Positions 13,182-25,853 are shown, counted from the stretch's first letter. The stretch is DNA of 64,000 nt from Cenococcum geophilum (GCA_050273025.1 CP158635.1:28520001-28584000); one strand, 5' to 3'. The notes: generated from the sequence alone by a model not told the origin. A program made the numbers and translations.

Positions 13182-13910
13182 ATGCTGCACAGAGCCATCC
13201 AGACTTTCCAGCGCGCTGCTCTCCGACAGAGCTCTGCCCGTCTGCACGGTCGCGTCTATGCATTCAGATCCCAACCTGGTCCTCTCTACACCATAACACG
13301 TAAAATATATTCATCTAGCTCTAATTTAAAAAGTCGTTAACAGTTCTATAGGTTCACTATATGATGATAGTGACGTCCGTCCGTCTTCTCAAGACTCTTC
13401 TCAGGCCCCTTCTCAGGCCCCTTCTTACCAGAGCTCACCTGTCGACAAGATCAACGCACTTCAGTCAGATATGTCTACGACGAAGTTACAGCTAGATCGC
13501 CTCAAAGAGTCTACTAATATTGAAATGAACAATCTCCAGACCAGCCTCACTGGACAACTCAGCGCCCTTGACTTCAAAATCAGCGCTCTTGAGTCCAAGT
13601 GCGACTCCAAAATCAATGCCCCTGGCTTCAAAATCGGCGCTCTTGAGTCCAACCTCGACTCAAAGTTCGATAGACTTGGGGCAATTTTTGAACGTGGCAT
13701 ATTGATACTCAAGACGGAGTTGATAGAGCGCGAAACTCGATTGGTGTGGGGCTTTGTCTTTGCTGCAAGTGTTCTTATATTTCCTACATTCTCCCTTCTA
13801 ATAATATAAAGGCTCTATGTGTTGCGGCTGTAGCAGTCGGCAGCGCAACTACTCCATTCTTGCGAGGCCGGCTTCTTCCACAGCAGACTTCTGATGTCGA
13901 AGAGAAATGA
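13182..13910 (+). CDS. Small predicted mitochondrial coiled-coil, C-tail-anchored protein (CCDC90/DUF1640-like architecture)
   Basis: Exon 1 MLHRAIQTFQRAALRQSSARL is Arg-rich and presequence-like. A phase-1 intron joins it in frame to RSLYDD...DMSTTKLQL and a heptad stalk, then LKTELIERETRLVWGFVFA. A putative GC-AG intron at 13765-13811 continues the hydrophobic ALCVAAVAVG, with stop at 13910. Confidence 0.6.
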
Positions 13911-14019
13911 AGCAAGATGGTGATGGGCCTCTATTCATGCAAGACCGGTTTCTTCCACAAGACTCCTCGTGTTGAGGAGAAATGAAGCAAGACAGTGATA
14001 TGTGGCAGTGGAATAGGTT

Positions 14020-14229
14020 TATCGACTCTTTATGACTGCCACTGGCTTCATGAGTCTCGGAGCTCCAAAATGTAATATCTGTATGTTGTATGGTTATTCA
14101 ATGCCAGTCCTGCTGCGATCCGAGCTAGATTACTATACCTTTGTTGGCAGTGCCTATGTTCACAGGATCATGCATGGAATGCTAGAAGAAGTCACCGACG
14201 AACGTGTAGTAGAGTTCAATATTCGATGA
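14020..14229 (+). pseudogene. C-terminal remnant of a HET-6-like heterokaryon incompatibility protein
   Basis: FMTATGFMSLG..ICMLYGYSMPVLLR..YTFVGSAYVHRIMHG..EFNIR* matches the typical HET-6-family C-terminal pattern. The upstream HET domain is absent. Confidence 0.65.
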
Positions 14230-14849
14230 AGACTCAGTTATTATAACAGTGGTATTATTATAAAGACTCTTCCATCCCCTTACATCTTCTCATAGGCCGA
14301 AAGGATTTTGATTAAATATAAATGTCGATCGGAAGACTATCCCATGCGCCGTCACGAAAGGTGCTCCTTTTACCGAGCCAACCAGAGGCTCTAGATTTAA
14401 TTAAGTCTTGGCAAAATAAAGCTGTAGATTTGATCAATTAATTATAACCCAATATTATGATAATAAAGCCTAAATTTAATATATAATTTGACTCCAGGTT
14501 GAAGAAGGTCTGCATCATTGGAAGAACGTTTGCGGCCCATTGTGGTGGTTTCATCACGATGAGAAGCTATAGATACTTCGGTAGAGACGGGCCACAATAA
14601 AAGGAGCACCTTGACGGGATACTGAATAGTTAGAAATTCCCGAATTTTGCGTTGGGCAAGGAGTTCCAAAGTCAGAGGTAGCAAGTACAGTCTGAACCAG
14701 AATGTGCCAATGCTATTACCGTCCAACTCTTATTGCAGAGGCAACATGAGCTACCTCAAGGAGCGAGGCTGTTGACAGTGCTAGTATTACTCTCGCTCAG
14801 CTGTTAGAAAGCAGAGGATGGCAACCTCATAATCTCTATAAGGTAATGC

Positions 14850-15190
14850 CGGCAAACATGAGCATCTCATTAATTGTACGAAACCGTATCATTGCGAATG
14901 TTAAAAAATGGTATGGGACTTTCTTGTTCTTCATGTATATACAGAATCGATCGCAACGGTACATGGCCGTGGTATGGTATATCGCGATCGCCGAAGATCA
15001 GTGCAAAATAGACACCTTCCAGATTATTCAGAGATGCCTTCATCGCGTTCGTGAATGTAACAAGAGGGGTGTGCCGAACGCCGATATCATGCTGCATCCA
15101 ATTCCACAGTCAAACCACTTAAGCCCGGTAAAGGGAGAGTTTGAAGGCAGAAGAAGAGGACAGCTCATCGGGTACACGCTAGGCTTTCAT
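14850..15190 (-). pseudogene. Possible degenerate 2EXR-like gene remnant
   Basis: Fragments RSILYIHEE and PIPFFNIRNDTVSY resemble 2EXR-family motifs. An intron-like GTGAGT...CTAAT..TAG lies just upstream. The frame is broken. Confidence 0.25.
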
Positions 15191-15399
15191 CATCTACGAG
15201 AGTACTATTAGCCAAATACAGGAAGGTAAAAAATGTGATACTCACAGGTTTTAAACTGGAAGGATGAGGAAAGGAAAGTCGAAAGCAAAAGTGCGCAAGA
15301 AAATGAATTGGTGTTAGTTTCGCTTAGTAACAGTCTTGGCACATTCTGTGAACTCTTGTTGCTCATCAGTGTAGCGTCTTTCACTGTTTCTAGAGAACA

Positions 15400-17630
15400 A
15401 TGTTGCCACAGATTTTTTCTGCCGTAGCCATATCGCGGGTTTCAGTATGGAGGTCTTATGCCGAAATATCAAGATTCGTTCGAGCTGCTGGAATTCTGAA
15501 TCAAAATCGGCCACGAAATATTCAATACCATCTAGGACGACAGTGCCTTGGTAATAAGCGCACATTCACTTCTTCGAGAATAACTCTTAACCATAGTGCG
15601 CCTTCCTCAACATCTGAAATCCTTGAAGACTTCAAAAAATCATGTACGTTATAGCAAGTCAATGTTACCTATATGGAGAGCTCATTTTATTAGTTGAATT
15701 TCCCCGGCTTACTCATGAGGTCTCTGCCTTAGAAAGAGAAAGCCCTGGAAAATTAGTGGTACTTCATGGCTACCTTGGAACGCGTAAAGATATCTCAAAG
15801 CATATGTCCTTCCTTCCATTACAGAGCAAAGATCTCTCTTGTAGTGTCCAACTTATTTCTTTTGCGCACAGTGGGGATGGCCAAGACAAACCGGCTCATT
15901 CGAAACTGAAGACTTTGAATTCCCACACTCCTGTTGTCATTCGAGGTGTCCTGAAGGCTCGGAAACCGGCGAAGGGCGATTTTGCCTCAGGAATAAAGAT
16001 GATTAATAACGTTGAAGTCGACCTTATAGATATTCAACCTCTCAATAAATTCCCAAAGGACATCATTGTTACATCTGAGACTTTTTTTCCTCCGGAACAG
16101 CGCCATCTTCAAATACGAACCAACAAAGAGATTCGCGATGCTTTGCTTTTCAGGGCCAAGGTTGCAGATATTTGCAGACAACAACTTCGAGAAGAAGAAT
16201 TTCTAGAAATTGAAACGCCCTTGTTGTTCAAATCAACACCCGAAGGCGCTCGAGAATTTCTTGTACCGACACGGACTAAAGGATTGGCTTATGCTCTTCC
16301 GCAAAGTCCGCAGCAGTACAAGCAAATACTCATGGCCAGCGGGATCCCGAAATACTTCCAAATTGCTCGTTGTTTCCGTGACGAAGACCATAGAGCCGAT
16401 CGTCAGCCTGAGTTTACCCAGGTAAGAACGTGAACAATGTCTCATATTTCGAAGTCTAAGTTGTTAATAGATTGACCTGGAAATGTCTTTTGCGAAAGGT
16501 GAAGATGTAATGCAGCAAATTGAAACCATTTTACGACGTCTTTGGATATCCATGATCGACGAAAAAATCCCCGAGTCTAATTTCCCTCGAATGTCATATC
16601 ATGATGCTATGTCGCAATATGGGTCAGATAAGCCTGATTTGCGGCTTGGAATGGAGGTTAGCAAACCGCATTAACTTGTGATATGAAGATTAACCTGGCC
16701 TAGATTCATCGCGTAGGCCACCTTCTTCCCGTCGATCTCATTGGTAAAATAGGCCCATTGTTGGATCCTGTAGTTGAAGTCATGAACTTATCTGTGTCCG
16801 ACAACCCTCAAGAAAGTCGAAAGTTTATTAGCAATTTTATGGACAGTCCTGAAGCCGCTCCGTTCCTTAACAACCCGGAAGGCCAGCCTGGGATTTTTGT
16901 TTATGATTTGAAACAGCCCCTACAAGGCCTTCAGCCATTTGGTTTTGAGGCTGCAGAGCATGTAGAGGAGATCCTAAATTTGAAACATGGCGACCTGGTT
17001 GTACTTCAGGCTAGAAAGAAGGCGCCTTTTGCAGGTGGATCTACACTTATAGGCAATTTGCGCTTAGCTTTGCATAAAGCGGCGGTTGCTACAAAGTATA
17101 TCCCAGCACCAAAGGGTTTCAAATTCCTCTGGATCACTGATTTTCCACTGTTTTCTCCGACGAACGGCACCGATCCGGGACAAGGCGGTACGGCTGGAAT
17201 ATCTTCTACTCACCACCCATTCACGGCCCCCAAATCCCCAGAAGACGTTGACCTACTGTTGACTGACCCTCTGGCTGTTAAAGCCGAGCATTATGACATT
17301 GTTGTTAATGGTGTAGAGCTTGGAGGCGGAAGTCGGCGTGTCCATGACGCAAAGGTACAAGAATATATCCTTCGAGATGTTCTGAAAATGAGCGAGGAGC
17401 GTCTTCAGGACTTCCGGCATCTACTTGATGTTTTGCGCGCAGGATGTCCGCCTCATGCTGGCATTGCTCTTGGATTTGACAGGCTCATTGCTGTTATGAT
17501 GGGAAGAGAATCCGTGAGAGATGTCATTGCCTTCCCGAAGAGTGGAAAGGGTGAGGATTTGCTTGTAAAAGCACCAAACTTACTTACTCAGGAACAGCTT
17601 GAGACGTATCACCTGGAATTGAAAGAGTAA
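15400..17630 (+). CDS. MSD1: Mitochondrial aspartyl-tRNA synthetase
   Basis: [65 protein letters not shown] and [13 protein letters not shown] motifs, 3 introns. Confidence 0.95.
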
Positions 17631-18437
17631 TTCTGTATTATCTGACTATGTTACAACGTAGATGGCCTACACAACTTCCAGAGACTCCAAGTCGAGTCGG
17701 CGTCAAAAGTCAAGATTCTGTTATCCTCACACTTGTATATCTGTAATAGCATCTTGGTTTCCTAACCCCCGCTATTCTCTGTATAATATTTACCTTGTAA
17801 GACTTGTGGTTATAGAAAGTTTAGTCGCTTTCGGTTTCCTGGATAATCAAACTTGCTTACTGTTGGCGATAGCTTAGTGGGGCGCTATTTCGATAGTCTC
17901 GCACCAGCCGTTTGCTTCGACTACAGCAGGGTCCCTTGAAAAGCTTAAGATAGGAAAGCCAAGCATGGAATTGTCGCCTGTTTCCATATGTAAACAAAGG
18001 CATGCTATTGCTGCGCTTTCGGGAGACCTCTTCCCATGGATAACGACATGTATTCGGGTGACAAGGGCTATTTGCAACAAGTCTCTACATTTTAGTGTGT
18101 GCTCCAAGGCATCTGGGATCTCACCAGATCGAGCTTTTCCCAATCTCCATTTCCAGTGCCTGTCCGGGATGCCTTCACGAGTCTCTGCACCTGTCACAGA
18201 GGGGATTGAAGGTATCATACAAGCAACTTACCCTAGGAGCCTAATTCAAGCTGCATGATGAAGGGCATTTAAGGAACGCTGCTCCTTGGGTAATTGATTT
18301 GGCATACACACACCTCAAATTTTTAAATATACATTTTGAACATATATTTTTCGCTTTTTTTTGGGGATCCATAGCTGTAAAGTTAACGAAAATTCCATAC
18401 TCCTGTTATAGCCTGATTCCGTCATCCAGGACTTGGT

Positions 18438-19114
18438 TTAACCGATCTTAGCGTTAGAGAAATCCATCTCTGCAGACGTGGTTAGTAGAGTTCACACAAG
18501 AAGCCATTCACAAGTTAGATCATACCTGGGTGTTGCTTCTGAAACTGAGCCAGCAGGTCCATCTTCTTCTGCTCATCGCTTGTAGGCTTCCCCAACTCCT
18601 TTTGTCGCTGGTCGAACATCATCTTCTCGACCATGCTCCTAGTTTCACCATCTAGATCACTCAACTTGCTATTTTCTGGAGAAATTTTGGAAGTATCGAT
18701 TTTCGGTGCTGATGTTATGACGTGCGCCCACCATTCCATCTTATTAACCTTGTCGAGGTGAATGCTCACTTCCTTCCCGTTGGGTACGGTCTCGAGGGTC
18801 CAAGTAGATTCATCGACGTGGATGGAATGTGGAAGGTCTCCCTGAGAGTTCGTTAGATAAGAAGCTCTGATAGAATGACACGGGTATACATCTATTATAG
18901 GATCCTGGCCCTTGATGGCGACCTTAAGCTTTGTCTTAGTGAATTTGACTTCTAAATCACGACCTTTGATATTGGCGGGGACAGGCACGGCAACATCGAG
19001 ATCTCCGATTGTTTGAGTCCACTTATAGGGAAGAGTAGCTTGCTCTGCAGCTTCTTTAGCTTTGAGCTCTTCATCCGCTTTTTCGCGCTCAGACGGCGTA
19101 GGTGACGAAGCCAT
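18438..19114 (-). CDS. nudC: Nuclear movement protein NudC (CS domain)
   Basis: [52 protein letters not shown] and [13 protein letters not shown], 2 introns. Confidence 0.95.
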
Positions 19115-19425
19115 GGTGGGGGTGTTCGTGAATTTTTCGTGGTGGGATGAGAGGCTTGTGAACTGCATTTGCGCGGGAAGCGTCATCGTGGAGCTGGCCA
19201 ATTTGCAGGTGGGATCTTCCGGACAGCGGCGGTTCACTCATCGTACAACACAGCACCACCACAAACGTTTCGCTCTCGTTTGAGGGGCGGTCACTTCTTC
19301 CTATTCTTGGAGCTATTCGTACGCTGATATTATTCCCATTGTTCTACATCGCTATGTCGTGATAAAGCCCGCCAGAACACAACCCGAAGCCTAAATAAAT
19401 ACGCCGCTTGCCCCCTCGAGGACAG

Positions 19426-21738
19426 ATGGCGAGCTCCTTCGAAAAATCAGTGAAAGGCGGTACGAAGATCAAGGTGAGGATATTAAAAGAATCCGAGACA
19501 ACACCTTTGCAGACTCGATACCGCAGCCACAGACTGACCGACCGTCTCTTAGCTTGCGGCCCCCAAATCCAAATATGTTGAACATATCCTTATAGCCACC
19601 CATGCTGGTGAAGCCGGCGTCGCGGAGATCTTTAGAGCCCTTACGAACAGATTGCGAGACTCAACATGGACGATAGTCTTCAAAGCTCTCATTATTGTCC
19701 ACCTCATGATTCGGGAGGGAGAGCCAGATGTCACACTCAAATTTCTCGCGCAACACCCGCATCGCAAGCTTGCGATTAATAGCTTTACCGAGGGTATGTC
19801 TTTATATATTCATAACACTGTTGGCCCGATTGAGATGGAGCCAATACACTTGAATGTTGGGTAGTGGGAAAGGCGTAATACCGGTGAAGGATTCTGTCTT
19901 TCTTCCATATATTCCGACCATTCCTAGCCACAAAATAATATGCGAGCCAGTAATGATATCTGGATCCGGGTAGGCAACCTCATAGATTCCGTGCTAACTC
20001 TGCATGGGAAACCAGTTCAAACACAAGGTCGAAATATTCGTACCTACTCCGAGTATCTCCTTGAGCGAGCGGTACAATATGGTTCTACGAAGGTTGATTA
20101 CGTCCGCGGCGGAGAAGGTCGCCTCAAGCGGCTTACCGTTGATAAAGGGCTTCTTCGAGAAACAGAAAGTGTTCAGACCCAGATCAAAATGCTCTTGAGA
20201 TGCGAGGTATTTTGCCTTTGGAACAAAACCCTCTCCGGTCTTTGGCTAATTTCCCTCAGCTCCTTACAGAAGATCCCGAAAACGAAATCACGTTAACCGC
20301 CTTCCGTTTACTTACCATGGATTTGCTTGTACTTTTCCATGTCATGAACGAAGGCACTATCAACGTGCTAGGTTAGTATTTGACAATATCCCATACAAGC
20401 AATAATTAACCGGCCAAAGAACACTACTTCGAAATGTCTCATCCGGACGCCACGCGGGCTTTAAACATATACCGTACATTCGTTAAACAGACTGACATGG
20501 TCGTCCAGTATCTGAGCGTAGCCAGAATGCACGAACACTCCACCAGGCTCGAAATTCCTAAAATCAAGCATGCTCCAACGAGCCTAGCTGCATCATTAGA
20601 AGAGTATCTCAACGACAAAGACTTCGAGGTGAACCGACGTCAGTATCTTGCTGAGAGGGAAGCCAAGAAGAATAACGGGAAGAGCGCGAATGGAACTAGC
20701 AAGTCATTTGCCGACTCAAAGTTGGCGGTATCAAAGACATCTGCGGGACAGAGCTTTCCATCCCCAAAGCAAACATTGTCAACGCCTGCGAAGCAAGAGC
20801 CAAAAGGTCCGGCTCCAGATTTGATCGATTTTTTCGAATCTATTGAACAGAACCAGCAACCAATGGCTCAGCAAACCCAACAGTTTCAACAATACCCTCA
20901 GCAAACGGGTGTTACGCAAACTGGATATCAAATGCCAGTTCAAAATATGGGTTTCCAGCCGCAGCAGCAACAAGCTTTCAGCCCTCCAAGTGGCCAGGCT
21001 GGCAACCCGTTCGGCCAACCACAACAACCACAGCTACCACAGCAAATCCAACAGAATTTCACAAGCGCTGGTTTCGGCGGCTACACACCTCAGCCCTTTA
21101 ATCCGCAAAATACTTCATTATCAAGCATCCCGCAAAATGGCGTTGCCAACTTTCCTCAGCAGCCTACGCAACAATTCAACAGTCTTGCCCCAATGGCGGA
21201 TTCCATCCAGGCACAATCTACAAATCCTTTCCGCAACTCTATAATGCCTAATCAACCGAACGCAGAGCCCAAGTTACTCAGCAATCCCCCAATCGCCTCC
21301 CCCATCGCGCGCTCCCCTACCAACCCCTTCGCCAAGCAAACCTCAAATCAATCCCCCGGCATATCATCCTCACCCTTCACCACGACACCCTCGGCCCTAA
21401 CACCTCAGTCAACTTCTCCATTTGCGCCGCAGCCCCAACAGCAGCAGCAACAAGGCTTACAATCAATGCAGTCGGCCCCTGCAGGCACAAATCCCTTCGC
21501 GCGACATGGCTCCCCACAACAGCACACGCCCTCCCCACAAAGCGGCTTAACACCTAACCCGACGGGGAGCACGAATCCTTTCCGGCAAAGCGCCTTCGTG
21601 AACCAGCAGACTGGGCAGGGGTGGCAGAATACCACACAGGGTACGATGGGAGGCATGGGACTCGACCAACTCGAGACGGTGCCGGTGTTTCCCAGGCCGG
21701 GACAGCCAGCACAGGGAGCACAACAAGGATGGTCTTGA
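19426..21738 (+). CDS. YAP180: ANTH-domain clathrin assembly protein (AP180/CALM/Yap1801-2-like)
   Basis: MASSFEKSVKGGTKIK/LAAPKSKYVEHIL, LRDSTWTIVFKALI, EGTINVLEHYFEMS, DLIDFF and five NPF motifs in a Q/P-rich tail, 4 introns. Confidence 0.93.
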
Positions 21739-22188
21739 TGGATTGGTAGGGTGCCAGTCGCTATATTTCTATTTTGGACAGGTTGTTTTTTTATTGAATG
21801 GGAAAGCTGCAGGTTTCGCACAGGGCTTCAACATAGGATTCACCCGTTTTAGTTTGCGACGCAGGGCGTTTTTGTGTTACCTTCGATTGGTTTTCGCGCT
21901 TTTAAATCGGATGAGAATGCGTGGTCTGTGCCTTGCAAGCTAAGGGCTTGACGGTCTGCGATATAATGGGAGCCCAAGGGCCCTAATTGGTATTATTGTG
22001 CTAAGCGAAGAAGCGGCGAAGATGGCGAGGTTGAACTCTAGATGATATAGGCCTCCATACGGAATGTCAATGAAGCCGCTTAGACAGTCACTGTGAGAAT
22101 CCGTCTATGCCTTCAGCAATTCGCGAGGACAAGGTGGCTATTTTCAAAGCAGTTATGAGCCTATCTTCGGTAATTCGAGGTGTTTGCC

Positions 22189-24054
22189 TTATGTCTTTGT
22201 TCGGAGAGGATGCACAATCATCTTCGATTGCCGACACAAGTTGGCGAATATTACCTGGGACTTTATAGTCAACCTATTCGGAAACCCCGAGTGTAAGCCT
22301 TCACAGAAAACCATCCAAAATCCTACACACAGTGCAAGCTGGCAAAACCCAGAAGCTGGGTTGAATATAAAGCCTTCGAAGGGATAGAGGGCATAAGGAC
22401 ATACCATCGCAATTAGACCAAAGAGCCAGTGCATCACGACGCAAAACCGTGTAAAGTCTAGCACCGGCGTATTATATATATCAATATTTCTCCACAACCT
22501 GTCCACAACTTGAGGACTGAGCTTGCTTTTGTAAAAGACACTCTTGGCTGCGCGTTCCATTATGAATCCTTTGCCGTTCGAAAGTGGATTGAAAAGAGTC
22601 CAGTAGTACGCTACCTCCCCTATGAATGTTGTTGATGGGGATCTGCTAATCCATGACTTTATTGCTGGTACGTCAAACACGTCACTCGTCGCGGATTGCG
22701 TGCGCGCAAAGTTCCCACCTTGAAGCTCCGAAGGCTCCTCTTCGCCTCTTATACTTGGACTTTGGCACATCTGCATATGGAGTTCCTGCTCATCACGCAT
22801 TTTCCTGGCCTCAGCCTGCAACGTATCAATCTGTTTCTGTAACGAGGTAATCCTGATGTGCGCATTTGTGCGCAATGACTCTAACTCATCCGAATGCTCT
22901 TGGGTAGTAAGGAACGAAGTTGCGCAGCAGAATCCGAAAATTCTTGTCGTTACATGCGGTTGTCTGAATTGATCAATAAATGCCAAATGGTTCTTTACCT
23001 CAAGAGCGGTGGGCCTTGTCTGAGGGTCTATATTAAGCATATCCTCGATTTCACATAGAAGGTGCTTATGATAGGACGACTCTGTGTTGAGCATTTGTAG
23101 CCACTGTTGTCTACGGTTGAGATTGCTTTGGAATGAGCCGTCCATGGCCGGACGAGACATCCTCATAGGCCTCAGAGTTCCATATTTTACTGCCGTTAAA
23201 ATTTCCAGAAATATGCATCCTAGTGAGAAAACGTCTGCCGATCGGCCGTTAGGTTTGAATGCTGCGACCTCGGGTGCGAAATATTTCGGTGTGCCCCGCT
23301 CTCCGTCCTCTGTAGCACTTGTCGAAAGTAGTGAGAAATCCGTGGAAGTCCCGAAATCAGTGACCCAGAGATTATTACGAGATAAAAGTACATTTGATGG
23401 TTTGAGATCCTTGTGACGGACTTTTTGTTCATGAAGGTAAGCAATCGCGCTAGCGAGGCAGCCGATTTTTGGGTACAAAAACTCGCAGCCGTGAGAGTGG
23501 AGGGAGTCCTGTGATTCACAAGGAAGACCCAATGCCGTAAGGCGCGCACTCTGTTCATCATCGATTGTGCAGTTTTCTCCCAACACCGTCTCAAAATCCT
23601 CGAAGAAAGTGGCCATGTCACATACAGCAACCGGCCACAGCAGCAATCCTAGGAATTGACGATACGTATAAGTACCAACTAATTTGACGATATGATTGTG
23701 GCTGAGTTTCTTCAAAATCGTTATCTCCTTTCTTTCAGCATCCCCAATCTTACGGCGGCAGTACTTTCTCTTCCATGCCAGCGCAACACCTTTGCAATGT
23801 GTTTCCCAGACGCCGCCGTTCACTCCATGACCGAGAAACCGCCCTTGAACTAGTGGTACGGTTTCATCAGCGGTGAAGTCGACATGAGAGCCTCTTCCAG
23901 ACCAATCCTCAAAAACTGAGTCCTCTTTCTTATTCTCTACCGAAGTGGGAGTGATTGGTGAGATTCGATAGTTGTCAGGCTTGTCCGGAGATGAGTAGTC
24001 TATGATTTGTAAGGGCGGAAGGAGATTTTGGGGACGATCTAGCATCTCTGCCAT
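22189..24054 (-). CDS. Ser/Thr protein kinase with coiled coil and C-terminal EH-like domain
   Basis: LGHGVNGGV, AWK, HKDLKPSN, DFG, GTPKYFAPE and DVFSLG kinase motifs, then an EH-like segment. The true 3' end may be spliced after IAM (GTATGT donor at about 22404). Confidence 0.85.
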   Translation of the reverse strand: MAEMLDRPQNLLPPLQIIDYSSPDKPDNYRISPITPTSVENKKEDSVFEDWSGRGSHVDFTADETVPLVQGRFLGHGVNGGVWETHCKGVALAWKRKYCRRKIGDAERKEITILKKLSHNHIVKLVGTYTYRQFLGLLLWPVAVCDMATFFEDFETVLGENCTIDDEQSARLTALGLPCESQDSLHSHGCEFLYPKIGCLASAIAYLHEQKVRHKDLKPSNVLLSRNNLWVTDFGTSTDFSLLSTSATEDGERGTPKYFAPEVAAFKPNGRSADVFSLGCIFLEILTAVKYGTLRPMRMSRPAMDGSFQSNLNRRQQWLQMLNTESSYHKHLLCEIEDMLNIDPQTRPTALEVKNHLAFIDQFRQPHVTTRIFGFCCATSFLTTQEHSDELESLRTNAHIRITSLQKQIDTLQAEARKMRDEQELHMQMCQSPSIRGEEEPSELQGGNFARTQSATSDVFDVPAIKSWISRSPSTTFIGEVAYYWTLFNPLSNGKGFIMERAAKSVFYKSKLSPQVVDRLWRNIDIYNTPVLDFTRFCVVMHWLFGLIAMVCPYALYPFEGFIFNPASGFCQLALCVGFWMVFCEGLHSGFPNRLTIKSQVIFANLCRQSKMIVHPLRTKT

Positions 24055-25853
24055 TTCTGTAATAGAGAGGTTTGAATCAAGATGTCAGGCTTTCCTAAAA
24101 GCTGTCAGCCTAATAGCTATGAAACTCTCAAGCGTGCACCTACAGAAAGTCCAATAAACACAATCTGGAAATATGTTATGCCGCATGCAATTAGGGCTAT
24201 TTAAGCCATACGCATAAGGTCAAGTTGCCGTAATAGATGAGAAGATACAAACTGCCAGCGAAGGAAATTTGATGAGGCACGCAGCCTCACTGTGCAGGGG
24301 GGAAGTCATGAGGCTGAGTTCAGCCGTCGCCTGTTGTTCAGGGTCTTTATCCTTTGACACGGCAATTTGCGTCCAAGGAGATGGTGGCCCGTGCCCATAA
24401 TCAGATATTCGGTGCAGGCTTGCGGGCGACAGCCGACAGCTCCGACAGCCTGTCGGACAGGGCTTGGCATTCCCACTTTTGAATTTTATCTTTCCCTTCT
24501 CTTTATTATATAAAGCAGCATTAAAATAGCTAATTAGAGTGATATTCTATTCGAAACAAATACTAATTCTGCTCTCTTTAGCGCCGATACTAATATAGAT
24601 TTAATCTTATTAAGTTATACGAAAGTCGGAGCTTCAAAAACTATCTCCTTAATTTATAAATATACTCGTCCAGTAACTAAAACAGACAAGACTCATATAA
24701 AGAAGAAATACCTCTATAGATACTGTCCCCCTAAAGATACTTAAGGGTATTATACCTCAACAGATGGACTTCGTTGCCACCTTTTAACTAAATACAAACT
24801 TACCTAAACGCGACAAGAGAACGAGCCTCATACAACACCACGAGACGCAGGAAAGAGCTTAGTTTAAGCCCTATACGAAAAGCTTCTTACAAAGGGAGAG
24901 GTTTAGGGGCTAGAGGGCGAGGTTCTACGTTATATAGTAGAGAAGGGTGCTATTAAGCAAACACTCCTAGATCTTATTATCATACGACGGCTTCCATTCT
25001 TATATATTAAATGGCCAGAGTTTTATACTTTTATTAGAGCGTTAAATCGAGAAGCAGATACCCCTAATATTATCCCTATACACCACTTAATAATTACGGA
25101 ATAGATTTATAGTTACTTTTCTAAAAGCCAGGATGTTATATAACGAGTTCTTTAATCTATAAAAACAAATATTTACTTTATAGTTAATATCTGGACCTCT
25201 CCTAACCACTCTTTTATACTTAAAATCTGCGCCAGCTTCCTTAATATCCATAATCAATATTAAAATATCTTAATTGGCCTTCGTACGGTATATAGTTAAA
25301 GTAGTAAAAATTAATAGAATGCCCTTTAACCAGTTCTTAAATCATACGGAATTATAACCAAGATTAGAGCTCTCGTTAGCGATAATACCGGCTTAAATAA
25401 CGTTCTATATCGTATAATTGCTATATAGCTCTAGCTTAAGTATAGGATTTCCTGGAACGCAGAGCATTAAAGGATTTATTATTAGGGGCATATTATTAAC
25501 CTTATTATTTAGGCCTTCCTTTTTATCTTAAAGAAGCATAAGAAGCTTATGGCGTTATATAATAAGGACGATAAGAAACAGAAAGAGGAGGAGGAGGAGG
25601 AGGAAAAGGGAGAGGAGGAGGAGAATCAGGAGGAGGAGGATAAAGAGGAAAGCGAAGAAGACGCCATACAACAAGCAAAGACGCCTAAGCCAGTTAGGGG
25701 GAGAGGAAAGGAGAGAAAGAAGGCCGCAGAACCAGAGAAAGAAGTTATACGACAAGTAAAGACGCCAGTAAAGGCAAAAGTAAAGACAAAAAAAACAGCC
25801 AATAGAGAACCCCTATCTACAAAAGGTAAGTCAGACGAAAGGCGTAGAAATAT

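Noticed and set aside
17874..18258. ORFs on both strands between MSD1 and nudC
   Set aside because: No motifs; the lengths are compatible with chance in a convergent 3' region.
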